DNA of 64,000 nucleotides from Oikopleura dioica (lineage: Eukaryota > Animalia > Chordata): NCBI GenBank assembly GCA_907165135.1, contig OU015568.1, positions 9,734,001 to 9,798,000 on the forward strand, written 5' to 3'. The notes beneath the pieces are model-generated. The model was not told where the DNA came from. It did not search any database and was given only the letters and a program-made list of their open reading frames with translations. Shown piece after piece: positions 1 to 10,800 of the stretch. Position numbers and translations under genes: made by a program. Within the stretch, counting starts at the first letter, position 1. Each line of letters begins with the position of its first letter.

Positions 1-579
1 GAGTTTCCCCTTTTTCATCCCTTTTGTTGAGCAACGCTATTATATCAGGATTTTCGGCGCTCATGGAACTCATTTCAAGACTAAACAAAAAGACAAGCGT
101 TTTTTAATTATAATTTTTATTCATTTTTTATTAGATATAATTTTTTTTGTATTTTAAATTAGAATTTTTAAGTCACATTGTTTTTCGCAAAATAATGTAA
201 TAATAATCGTGAACGAAAGAAAAAAAGCTTCTATGGAAGAATGAAGTCAAAGGCAGGAAATTCACAGATTGAGCGAGGCTCAAAGCAGGAGTGGTAGGAT
301 TACAGAAATTAGAAAAATTAGCAAAATAATAATAAAAGAATAGGCGGATGATAAGGATTCAGTCCACTAGTAAATAAGGCCTATTATTAAATATGAATAG
401 ATCTTTCCAAAGAAAAATAGAACACAGAAATAAATAGATCCCGTGAGTAATTAATAACGCTTATTAATTATTATTGGGATGAGATTCTCTCGAAAATGAA
501 GATGGAACTATTCGGACTTTGATTCTTTTTAAAGTTCTTCAACTTGAAATTTGAAAAAATCTCATTTTCGAGATACTAC

Positions 580-702
580 ACTTGCTTCTTCCGATAACGA
601 ATTTTTTCATCGAGATCGAGCTCACTAATCAGCTGTGCGCCTGGCTCGAGCAGTCAGGAAAATCGCGCTTGATGAAAAAAATCGTTAACGGAAGAAGCTA
701 GT
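580..702. repeat. Palindromic inverted repeat (~30 bp arms), possible tiny MITE or hairpin
   Basis: gcttcttccgataacgaattttttcatcgag (584-614) is the near-perfect reverse complement of cttgatgaaaaaaatcgttaacggaagaagc (668-698), with a ~55 nt spacer. Confidence 0.6.
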
Positions 703-934
703 CTAGAGGTTTAATCTTTTTTAAGTTTTTATCTGATAGCAGCACCGCTCGTGTTTTTTAAAACCAATAGTATTGATACCCAGTTTAATAAGTCAATCAT
801 AATTCTATGGGAAGCGGTTTCAAGGAAGATTTTAGTAGCAAATTGAGATATTTTAAAAATATATGTAAAGTTCAAAATTGAAAATTACAGAAATGATGAC
901 GGAAAATAAGAATACAGCTCTTATGGACCATAAG

Positions 935-3240
935 TTATGGTACTGCTTGCGTTTTTTGCTCACTACTTAGAATTTTCTTCGCTCTCGAGTTGCGGTACTT
1001 CACCAGGGTGTACATACAGCCGCCAGTAAAGTTGATCACTTGGCCCAACAGAAAGAAAAAGGTAGGTTGGACCCCTCCGAAGGTGTACATGCCGATCCAA
1101 GTGGTGAATGCAGATTTGAGCACTAAAATCAACTAGGTGAGTCTTTGCCTACTTGTACCGAGTATTTCAAGCTCGGGTTTTGAGTCTGAAATACTCGGTA
1201 GCACAAGTGTGGTTATTTCCGTTCTTATCACTGCTGATCTATGAGAGTTTGATCATTATCAGGGGCGATTATGGTAGTGATTATCTGATGTAAAAGTCAA
1301 TCACCCGCTGAGGCGATTGTGCTTCACTCTAGCGCCACCACCCCATATTCCCCATATAAATCAACTAAGAAAAAACTACATTAGAAACAAGTTAGAATTT
1401 CTTGCGATAAAAAAACCTTATTCCACATCGAAAAATGGGTAAAAGAAGCTATTCAAAAAGAGCCCAAATCTTCAGAGTAGAGAAAGAAGCCAAAATTACT
1501 CTTCATAAAATTACGGGTAAAAAGAATGAAGAGGAAAATGATATGAGAAAGACTTCTCGAAAGCTATCCCGGCTAAATATAAAATACGGAAAGAGCATCA
1601 AAAAGGTCGAAAGTCGAATGGCAGATCTTGAGCGACTGGAAAATTATAGAAAGCCACGGGAAGTCAGTACTAACTCCTGCCTCGTACGAAATCGGATAAA
1701 AACAGACGTAATGGCCAATTTGATCAAAAAGAGGAAAAAGAAGTTGCGAAAGAGACAGTTCAAGCATCTTCAACTAGAGGACAAAATTGAAGCCGCCCAA
1801 GGGAAACTTTACGAGATTCTAACTTCTGTATTCGGGGAAGAAGATGAAGAATTAACCCCGGAAGAAGTTCTCGACATAAAATTCGAACTTGACATGTCCC
1901 TCTGAAATGCTATTTATCATGTTCAAGATCAACCACTTTATTATTTCATTCTTTGAATATATCGAAAATAACGAATACATCGAAATGCTATCTAGAAAGA
2001 TAATCTCTTACCAGACACGCAGGAGGTAGTTAGCGCTGAGTTGACGGTAGTACAGAGGAACATGCTGTAGGTAAAAATGCATCCGGAGAAAATGACGGCC
2101 AGGAAAGAAAAAATGAACGAGGATGAAGACCAGTGTGGATAGGCGACGATCTGTTTTTTGAGATTTCAACCCTTTCTTTGGTTATTTCATTTTCAAAATC
2201 ATATTATGAAATCCTTCCTTTGGGATATCGCCGGTAATAAATAAGACTAAGGTCATGACGGGCATACAGTTTATACTAAAAACCGTTATTATAGAAACAG
2301 ATGAGATAAAGTAGGCAATACAAAACGAGACGCTCGCACTGTTGCTCCGTTTCTATTAGTAAAAAACCTTGTGATGGCGACTATCGAAACGACGCGACAA
2401 TGCGAGGATCCAGTTTTCGGATTATTAGTTGTAAGTTTACCTGTTAATGTAGGCGATGGAAATTGCACCAAGATTCTTCTCCATGCCCGTTTTTTGTAGC
2501 GTTGTTAAATAAGCAGCATTGGAAATGACCGAAATAACTCCAAAAGTATAAGCAGTCGAGTCGAAATTCAAATCGCCAAAAGCAGCCACGAGCGTGCCAG
2601 CAGTAATGGTGAGAACGGAGAGCGTGATGCCACGGGAAGGCCGCACGCGCAAGAAAACGACGCCGAGCAATAAATTAGCGATGGGCACACAGCGACGCAT
2701 TGCGTTGTACATCGGAATGTTCATCCCGTTCAACGCGAACAGCGCTGGAATAATTTTTTTAAATGAGCAGTTCTTACAAATTCAAGAGGGGGCGGCCCAA
2801 GGTCGAGTGTTTTTTGGAAACTATAAGTTTAGGAGAATCCATCTCTGTATCAAAATTTTTGATAGGTTCAATTTGGTAAACTCAAATCACGCAATGCTAA
2901 TTCTTGGTCTGTCATGACGATTAACAGTACTCACCGATAACCGTATTAATGGCGAAGAAAAAGGACAAAACAAGACAGGATCTCCCATGAGCCCAAGTAT
3001 AGTCAACAGCTTTGCACTTTCCAAGAGCCTTGAGCGTATCAATCCCAACGGATAAAACTATCATCTGAAAAAGAAATTCCTTTCTAGTGCCAAATGGACG
3101 CTAATCTGTCACCTGCGCGAGCATCAGAAAGTTGGGCGAGGGAAAGTGCCAGGAAGAAAGGACGAGCTTATTCAAAAAGTTCATCGAACCAGAACATACT
3201 CCGTAAAAGATCGCCGCGTAGAGCGATCGACGAGCCTAAA
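935..3240 (-). CDS. SLC35D-family nucleotide-sugar transporter (spliced; start codon not located)
   Basis: Exons translate to YAAIFYGVCSGSMNFLNKLVLSSWHFPSPNFLMLAQ / LNGMNIPMYNAMRRCVPIANLLL / FLCTTVNSALTTSCVSVLKSAFTTWIGM, matching the SLC35D pattern (NK..L...FP, PM...RR, CT..NSALTT). Confidence 0.85.
1151..1207. repeat. Hairpin with a perfect 14 bp stem in an SLC35D intron
   Basis: taccgagtatttca ... tgaaatactcggta, extendable by cttg/caag. Confidence 0.65.
1435..1905 (+). CDS. Intronless Lys/Arg-rich 156 aa ORF nested antisense in an SLC35D intron
   Basis: Uninterrupted 156-codon ORF inside intron 1123-2021, with TATAAAT ~80 bp upstream, a basic coiled-coil-like body and an acidic tail; no family recognised. 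Confidence 0.5.
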   Translation: MGKRSYSKRAQIFRVEKEAKITLHKITGKKNEEENDMRKTSRKLSRLNIKYGKSIKKVESRMADLERLENYRKPREVSTNSCLVRNRIKTDVMANLIKKRKKKLRKRQFKHLQLEDKIEAAQGKLYEILTSVFGEEDEELTPEEVLDIKFELDMSL

Positions 3241-3766
3241 AAATGCAATTTCAAAAGCAGAATTGAAGAAAAATTCATTTCAAATCGATTTCGTAAGAAA
3301 ACAGTAATTAGTAGTTGGGAGTGACGCTAAGAAGCGCCCTTTATTGTGGGTTATACTTGCGGATTTGTAATTTTGCTAAGGGGCAGCACAAGAAATCTCT
3401 CATCATAATTTTTAAACGAGTCAGAGCTAGATCAAACTCACCCGTTGAAAAGTAATTCGAACTGGTTCAATTGAATCAGCTCAACATTTACAGTTGACCG
3501 TACAACCGAAAATCTTTCATACCGTTTTTGTTAGAAATTTGGCTAGGAACATTTTTAGACCAAAATTGATTTATATTTACTAGCAAAATTGTAAATATTC
3601 TCAAACTAGAAATCATTAAAATCAGCAAAAATCGGGAAAGATAAAAAACGAGCTTGTTTAATTTTCGATGTAGCGTAAAATTTCGATTTCGATGAAGGGC
3701 GAGATTCTCGTCTTGAGAATTATTCCGTTAAAATTGTACAATTCTTGTTTACGCATTACCTGGTCA

Positions 3767-4030
3767 TTAATAACCATAATTAGGGTTCGTAGTTATGCTC
3801 GTTTCTGTCACTTGTACCGTCTCATCCCTCTTTAGATCGGTTTCTTCGTTTGGTTTTCGCAGCGCGCTCTCTTGTTCTTTTAAAATTCCTCTGGGCAATA
3901 ACGACCGTATCTCAATTTTTTCAATTCTTCTGATTGCTGTTTTTTGAACGTTTGCTTCTGAACCGCAGGAGTTGTTGGTCGCACAGAGCGTTATTTCGTA
4001 CTCCGCTTTTTGTCTGCCCCGCGGCTCCAC
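3767..4030 (-). CDS. Possible coding exon of unknown gene (87 aa open frame)
   Basis: GC-richer open frame (YEITLCATNNSCGSE...) downstream of the DUSP11-like gene; no ATG start or homology recognised. Confidence 0.2.
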   Translation of the reverse strand: MEPRGRQKAEYEITLCATNNSCGSEANVQKTAIRRIEKIEIRSLLPRGILKEQESALRKPNEETDLKRDETVQVTETSITTNPNYGY

Positions 4031-4551
4031 TTTCCCGATTCAAGTTACCAGACCGGCATAATCACAAACATTTTTTTTTTCTTAAAAGTAAACCTTTTTT
4101 CGAAGATCTTAAATAATCGAGTATTACTCGACGAGTAATAAAAGAAAAATCTGGATTTTGGAATTTACAGAAGGAAGATTGTGTTTTTAGATCGGAGACT
4201 AATAAAACTAACGGTTAGATGTGAAAATAAAACCAGGAAATGATGATTGAAAGTTAGATATGTCGACCAGAAAAAAAATATATTATTTGGATTAGTTTAG
4301 GGTCCGTCATAAATAAATATTCATTATTATTTTACCCGTCAGATAAAACGTCATGTAAACGCCCATTTTCAAATTAATTGGTAAAGTAAAACCGTCTCAT
4401 AAAAATACATAAAATTTATGGGCAAAAAGTGAATAAGGAAATGAGTAACCATTCGAGTCTGCTCTTTTCCGTTGCAAAATAGTGATAACATTGATTTATT
4501 TTCGGGGAGCATGCAGTGAGTATTCAGTCAACCGACAGAACTTGATTGCTT

Positions 4552-5870
4552 TCATAAAAAACAAGAAGGAGTGGTTGGAACTTCAATTTCGAGCTCGTGT
4601 GGCAGTAAAGCGGAAAATCTATCTTGATCGGCGAATGTTTTCGAATCTGGCGTGAAGGGATGGAAAAGAAGAGTTGACACGCCATAGAAAAAGCTCATTC
4701 GGTTTCGGAGATAAACGCGTAGATCGTCGTCTAAAAGGACATTTCTGTACTTGGACATTTGGTGCCCTCGTGAGTCTTCTACTCGCAGGATCGCGTCCTC
4801 GGCCGAAATTCCCAGTTTGTCGATTAAATATCGCGCCACAACGTATCCTAAATTGTCATTTATAAATAAAATTTGACGTTAAATCGCACCAGATCTGTTG
4901 ACTCCGTGAGTGCAATGAATCACGATGTTGAAATCTGCGTTTTGCATCATCTCGAAATGTTCTTCCGCCGCTTCTGGTTCCAATGTCTTCACAACTGCCT
5001 CTTCCATGTTCAAATCGTCGATTCCAGTTGTTTGCTTGGGGACAGTTCTTTTCACGCCCTTTAGGCGGTAGAGCAAGAAGGAATCGATGACGCGGATGAA
5101 TTGTTGGACGTAGCCTTCTGGTGGCGGTTTTCCTCCTTGATTTCCATTTCATACAGATTTTTTAACAGTTGCCGAATTACCTGGAATGGGAAGCTTGTAG
5201 TAGTCCTTTCCAGCGTTGTAGATCTCGCTCGGGTAGTAATACTTGGATGTAGCAGTCATGTCGATGACCAGTCCAATCCTAAAATTCACTAAAAGAAAAG
5301 GTTAGCCCTATTCCCTTTTTGATAAAATATGGCAGCAGAAGACTATTAGAAACGTTAGTACCTGAATAAATAGTCTTTTTTGCATGTCACTCTCTTTCAA
5401 GTTCAACGATTTCATCGTTTCAGACGACCCTTTCAGAGTCGCGCGGCGGTGGGTTAAAAATCTTTAACCCATTCTCCGTTTCGGTAAGCGGTATCCAGCC
5501 CTGCAGGCCGTTTTTGCTGCTAAGCCCCGGTGGGGTCCAAGTTTTAATAAAACTACGAAAAAGAAAAAGAGGCAAAGTTGATAATTTAACAATTATAAAG
5601 CGTTTTTCTAAACTTACGGCTTTCCATAAGCTTCTTCGATTGTCTTGATCATAATTTCTGGCGTCCAAACTGCGCGAAGCTTGTTGTTCCGGAACATCGT
5701 TTGCCTGAGGGGAGTGCGGCAGAGGATAATGTTCGTCCCTTCGATCGGCTTTCCATGATTTGTGTAAAGATCCCACTCACTAAAATTCGAGATAAGCGAG
5801 AAAGTCGCTGTAAATTTACTAACAGGAGTTTGAACAACTTTGTTTGACCGGGTCTTTTTCCTCTGGTCAT
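4552..5870 (-). CDS. DUSP11: DUSP11/PIR1/baculovirus-PTP-like RNA 5'-phosphatase
   Basis: Spliced: EWDLYTNHGKPIEGTNIILCRTPL ... IGLVIDMTATSKYY ... IHCTHGVNRSGYVVARYLIDKLG ... SRGH; intact CX5R loop; no guanylyltransferase domain. Confidence 0.8.
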
Positions 5871-7243
5871 TCCTCTAGTCTAAAAACGAAAGCCTTAAAA
5901 ATTTACCGTAGTAAATCCCTATTCTTCATGGCTAACAGTTGTAGTCTCGAGAAAAAGGAAACTTCTCTTTGACGCAAAATTAGACTTTTGAAAAAGAGAA
6001 GAGGCGAGCCAATAGAATAAGCGTGGGAGCGCCCGCCAGTTTTCAATACGGAAATTGATTTATTCCGATTATTTCTATACTGAGCCGGATGTTTAAGAAA
6101 TTCTAAGAGGTAATTGATAAATGAGCTTTTTAAATTAACTAAAATTTTAATTAAACATTCAGCGAAGAATCCTTTTGTGTCTCAAACAACCCCTGACATC
6201 GATCACCAGGCTGGCGGGTTTCCTGAATATTCTAGGTTCTCTCCAGAATTCTCTAGAAATTTCTAGGAACACGTGGGCGCCACACCACTGCCAACATCAG
6301 TAATATTTTTGTGAAAATAACCCCGACGACGACATCTTTTTATTCGAGTTTGTTTTAGCAGATACTTATCTACCCCCGTAGCACAAAGATAAACAGTCTG
6401 TCACTGTAAATACTGTCTTACAGACCTTTTCTCGTCAACGTGTGAACGATTTTTATTTGATCTTGTATTCATTCAGATATCGAATTGGGCGAATGCACGA
6501 CTGGCATCGTAGAGAACGAGCTTCACGAATAATAGAAGATACCGTAAGGAAAGGGGATGACAAGTTGAGTTTTGTTACACGTGGTCGTTTTCTAAGCAAT
6601 CAGCGGGCTACACGAACGAGTTACGTATAATTTCCAACGCTTTATAAACGAGACTCGATGGCGCAGGTTCACTATTACGAGAAATTTGAGAATGTCATCA
6701 CCTCAAAAGATGCCAAAAAAGAAGCAAAACATAAACTGAACTCAAGCGATGCGAAGAAACTATGGAACTGTAAAATTTTCTAGTTCTTTGCTCTGCGAAA
6801 ACCCAACAAGTCTCAAAAAATCAGATGCTCTTCATCTTCCAACGAAGATCGGACGCTGGCATCCGGATCTTTGATGCTTCCTTCATCGTTTAAACCACCT
6901 ATTAAACCCACTCCGGCTGAACCTTCTACGATAGTAGATACTTACTGTAACAAAACGTAACTACCAACTATCAACTGTAAGTTCGCTCAACCCTGCGAGT
7001 TATTATTATCAAAATAAAGACTTGCTCAACAACAATCCCTATATATATTTCAACTAAATTGCGAAATTGGTCGTCATTCAAAGTTTGTCAAAAATCGGCT
7101 TTATCTATAAACCGCTAGATTCAACAGAACTAGGAACTCGTTTCGATTTCATGCAGGTGCAGCTTATCTTCGGTCCTGATTAAAGCCTTTATAACTAGTT
7201 CGAAAGGTCGCATTTTGCCTAGTTTGAAAAACTGAAAGGCAAA

Positions 7244-7801
7244 ATGAAGTTACTTCCTTTGATTTTTGTTGCATTTCTGGTGGCAGAGAGTGAATCAATG
7301 TGGGACTTTGTTTGGACTCCAACATGCTGGATTGAAGATTTGAACAGAAATCCCTTCATTGGCCCCGATGTAACTACTTATTGCAAATCTTCAACTTGCT
7401 CTCAAGTTGGGTTCGTATGCCGTGGAAAGAACAAACTCAGACTTGCAAATATAGAGAGTGCCAACTGCATTTGTACTGAAGATGGATGCGACTTAGACTT
7501 GACTAGTCATGTTTCCTGCGACAGAAAACCTAACAAAGAAAAGGACATTATCAGTCATCTATTCCGATCTGTGCGAAAACCTCCAAAGGCAGAATATTCT
7601 TGCGACAAGCCCCTGGATCCTTATGTCAAGATTTTTAACTGTGCGAAAAAAGAGTCAAAGCGATTTGCACATATCTTCAAGAAACTGACTTTTTGCGAAG
7701 TAAGTTGCAAGAATGGAAAGACTCCCAGTTCTACCGAAGTCGCATGCGAAAAATTAGGCAAGAAGCAGTTCAAGTGGACTTCCAGTGTCGAATGTTTGTA
7801 A
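7244..7801 (+). CDS. Secreted cysteine-rich protein (185 aa, 14 Cys, sushi/CCP-like modules)
   Basis: Intronless ORF with signal-peptide-like MKLLPLIFVAFLVAESES; C-terminal C..P...C...FCEVSCKNG...C...W...C pattern; AATAAA at 7848. Confidence 0.75.
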   Translation: MKLLPLIFVAFLVAESESMWDFVWTPTCWIEDLNRNPFIGPDVTTYCKSSTCSQVGFVCRGKNKLRLANIESANCICTEDGCDLDLTSHVSCDRKPNKEKDIISHLFRSVRKPPKAEYSCDKPLDPYVKIFNCAKKESKRFAHIFKKLTFCEVSCKNGKTPSSTEVACEKLGKKQFKWTSSVECL

Positions 7802-7869
7802 AGAGAAAAAATCCCAATTTTCCTCCTTGATTTCTCTTCTGCAACTTAATAAAATGATTTATTTGCAAA

Positions 7870-10800
7870 TTAAAAATGCTCATCCCAGCCAGACTCTTCA
7901 ATTGGCGTGTCTTTGTCGTCTTCATCCTTGAACTTGCCGAAGTTCGAATAATCGAATACATTCTTCAAATTTGGAATATTTGGCGCTAGTATCTTCTGAT
8001 TTTTGAGCGCTTCCCAGTCGAATCCTTCAAACCATTTGTGATTCTTGCGAATGCCATCGATTCCGCAACTTCCGTAACCAATTCGCTCACAGGGAGAAAG
8101 GTGACAGAGAGAACGAACAAGATGACCAGCGCGTTTAGAAATTGACGGGAAATGAAAATCGATGCTTACAGACAGCAGTTAACAGATGATTTTCGAGGAA
8201 ATTGTTACCTCTGTATTCCTTTCAGAGTGTTCTTGTAAATTTGTATATCAGTGTCTGCTGCAAAGGGCGTCGACTTGGTAAGAAGCTCGTAAATCAAAAT
8301 TCCAAGTGACCAAAAATCCGCAGCGTGATTGTGCCCAGCAGAAGTTATGATCTCCGGAGCAATGTATTCAGGAGTGCCACAGAAGGTCTAAAAATAAGCT
8401 TGCCAGAACTGATTGATTCTCACCCAAGTTTTTGTTCCTGCTGGAATTTGTTTAGCGAATCCAAGATCGACAAGTCTGACATATCCGTTTGAATCGAGTA
8501 GGAGATTTTCAGGCTTTAAATCCCTGTAGCAGATGAGTCGTTCATGAAGATAGCTGATAGCTTCGATGGCGCAGGCAGCGTAGAAACGAGCCACAGTGTC
8601 ACTTTTTGAGGATTTAGAATTAACATTAGAATGAGTCGACCTGAAATTATAATCCTCAACTGAAAGGTCCTTTTCTGATTAATAACGTGAGCAAATCTCC
8701 ACCAAGATAAACATCAGTCAAAAAGTAGACCATTCTTTTATCTTTGAAGCTCTTCAAAAGATAGGTAACAAATGGCGAGTTCATGGATTCGAGGAGTTTT
8801 CGTTCTTCTTGAATGTGCGGTTGATAATTTTCTTTTACGACCTCGATCTTTTTGATGCATTTTAGCGCAAAGCTTTTATGAGAAATGCCTGGGACTTTGA
8901 CCATCTTAATCGGACCAAAGGAGCCTCGTCCGATGACTTTAACGATCTTCAAGTCTTTCAGTTGAACCCGACGCACGAGCGGATTAATCACTCGTTTAAC
9001 TTCTTCCTCGACCGGTTCGTTTGCTTCCTTATGTTTCAAGTTGTCTAGGTGACCAATAAGTTGAACAAAATAATCACGTTCGAGTGAGTAGACGGTTACT
9101 TTCCCCAGAGCGTATACATTCGCCGCTCGAACCTCCTTCCTCAAAAGTGCGCGTTCTCCGAAGAAGTCTCCACGAGTGAGCTTGCTGACTACGCGTTCAG
9201 ATCCGTCTTTTTGATTGATAGTAACACTGCATTTTCCGGAACGAATGACATAAAATAAATCGCCCTGGTCACCTTGGCGAATAATTTGGTGTCCTGACTC
9301 AAAGATTTCCTCTTCTATGCATTCAACGAGCTTGGTCATCTGCAGCTTACTCAAATCTTTGAGAACATCGACGGAAGAAAGAAGCTTTCGCTTTTCTCTG
9401 TCTATTACAGTCGTTAATAGAATATAGAAAGATCTAATGCACCTTTAGATTGACCAGCAGATCTGATGGCATTCTGGAAGGTCTTTCTGTTGATGCTCCA
9501 AACATGGACATCATTTTCCGCCTCGACTTGAGCCGTCCTCATGCAATTATAGAGCAAAGCAACTTCCCCGAACAAAGCACCAGCTTCCATTGATGTAATG
9601 TAGAGTCCGTTCTTCATGACTTTCACGCTTCCAGAGATGAGAATGAACATGGTATTACCTTCGGTTCCTTCCACAATTATTTCAGATCCTTTGCAGTAAG
9701 CTTGCTTCTCGGCGCAATCGATTAAATTTGTGATTTGTTCTTCCTCAAGATTTTTGAAGAACTGCTGCTTCACCAAGATTTTCCTTAAAAACTTCTATGT
9801 TTCACCAAAAAAGAATCGGTACCTTAGAAAGTCGCTCTCATCTTGTGTTTTAGGGGCATTTGAATTCGCATCTTTCTGATGGACGATATCTACTCTTTCT
9901 CCAGAAATTCCTGATCGACTAAACATTTCCCGCTTCATTTTTAGTAGTGACTTATCCGGTGCTTCAGGTTCTTCTTCGTTCAACTGCTTTTTCGTCGCTA
10001 GCGTTACTCTGTACTTGTTGATTTCATCGTTGTAAGTGTTTTTGAGCTTTTGCAACTCGAATTGTAAAGCGTTATTCTTATCATCCCGTTTTTTGATAGC
10101 CTCTTGGTACTTTACTAATACAATACTTGACGAGCCCGATTCTTCACTCAACGTAGAATTGTACAGTTGAAGACGTGCTACTTCTGATTCTAGTTCTATA
10201 ATTTTCTTGGCTTGGCGGTCAATTCTCTTTTGCAACTCATCTTTGTCGTGCTTCATTTCGCGTATCTCTTCGTTGTGCATTTTGAAGATATCTCTTGTCC
10301 TAGCTTCGTAGTTGTTTATTTTTGCCTCCAGTGAATGAATCTTAAATATCAAAAATATTATCTGTCGGTCAAGATACCAATACCGTGGGCGAGAGATATC
10401 ACGACGGAGTCTGAGGGCCCGGGCCGGGGTTTTGAATATTTCGCGCACATTCAAGTATTTTCCCATGCCTGATGGAGGACTTTTATCTGGTGGAAGAAAC
10501 AATTGATGGAAGATAGGTCTAACCTAGACTCTTTAAGATTATTTAATCCTTTACTAATAAATAGATAATCATTTTAAAAAATCTTGATCATGTGACTCTT
10601 GGAGGACCCCTGGAGGACCTTTTCTGGTGGAAGACCGGCCTTCCTGGAAGACCCTTAAAATTCAGCCCCGTTCCATGATTTTTAAATTTAAGGGCTTGAC
10701 GGCCCTTCGGGCCGTCTCAGCCCCGTTCCATGATTTTTAAATTTAAGGGGCTTGACGGCCCTTCGGGCCGTCTCAGCCCCGTTCCATGATTTTTAAATTT

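Noticed and set aside
5400-5560. RNase MRP/P, SRP or hammerhead ribozyme
   Set aside because: Isolated motifs (CGGGGCT, GAAACGGAG, CTGAAA) occur, but the paired conserved regions are missing.
8600-8660. GT-AA non-canonical intron in PKG
   Set aside because: A single missing G at AAAAG|GT would make it canonical; more likely an assembly error.
10343-10502. PKG N-terminus [10 protein letters not shown]...RPRYW from the ORF track
   Set aside because: This is read-through into intron and transposon TIR; the real exon starts at the acceptor near 10340.
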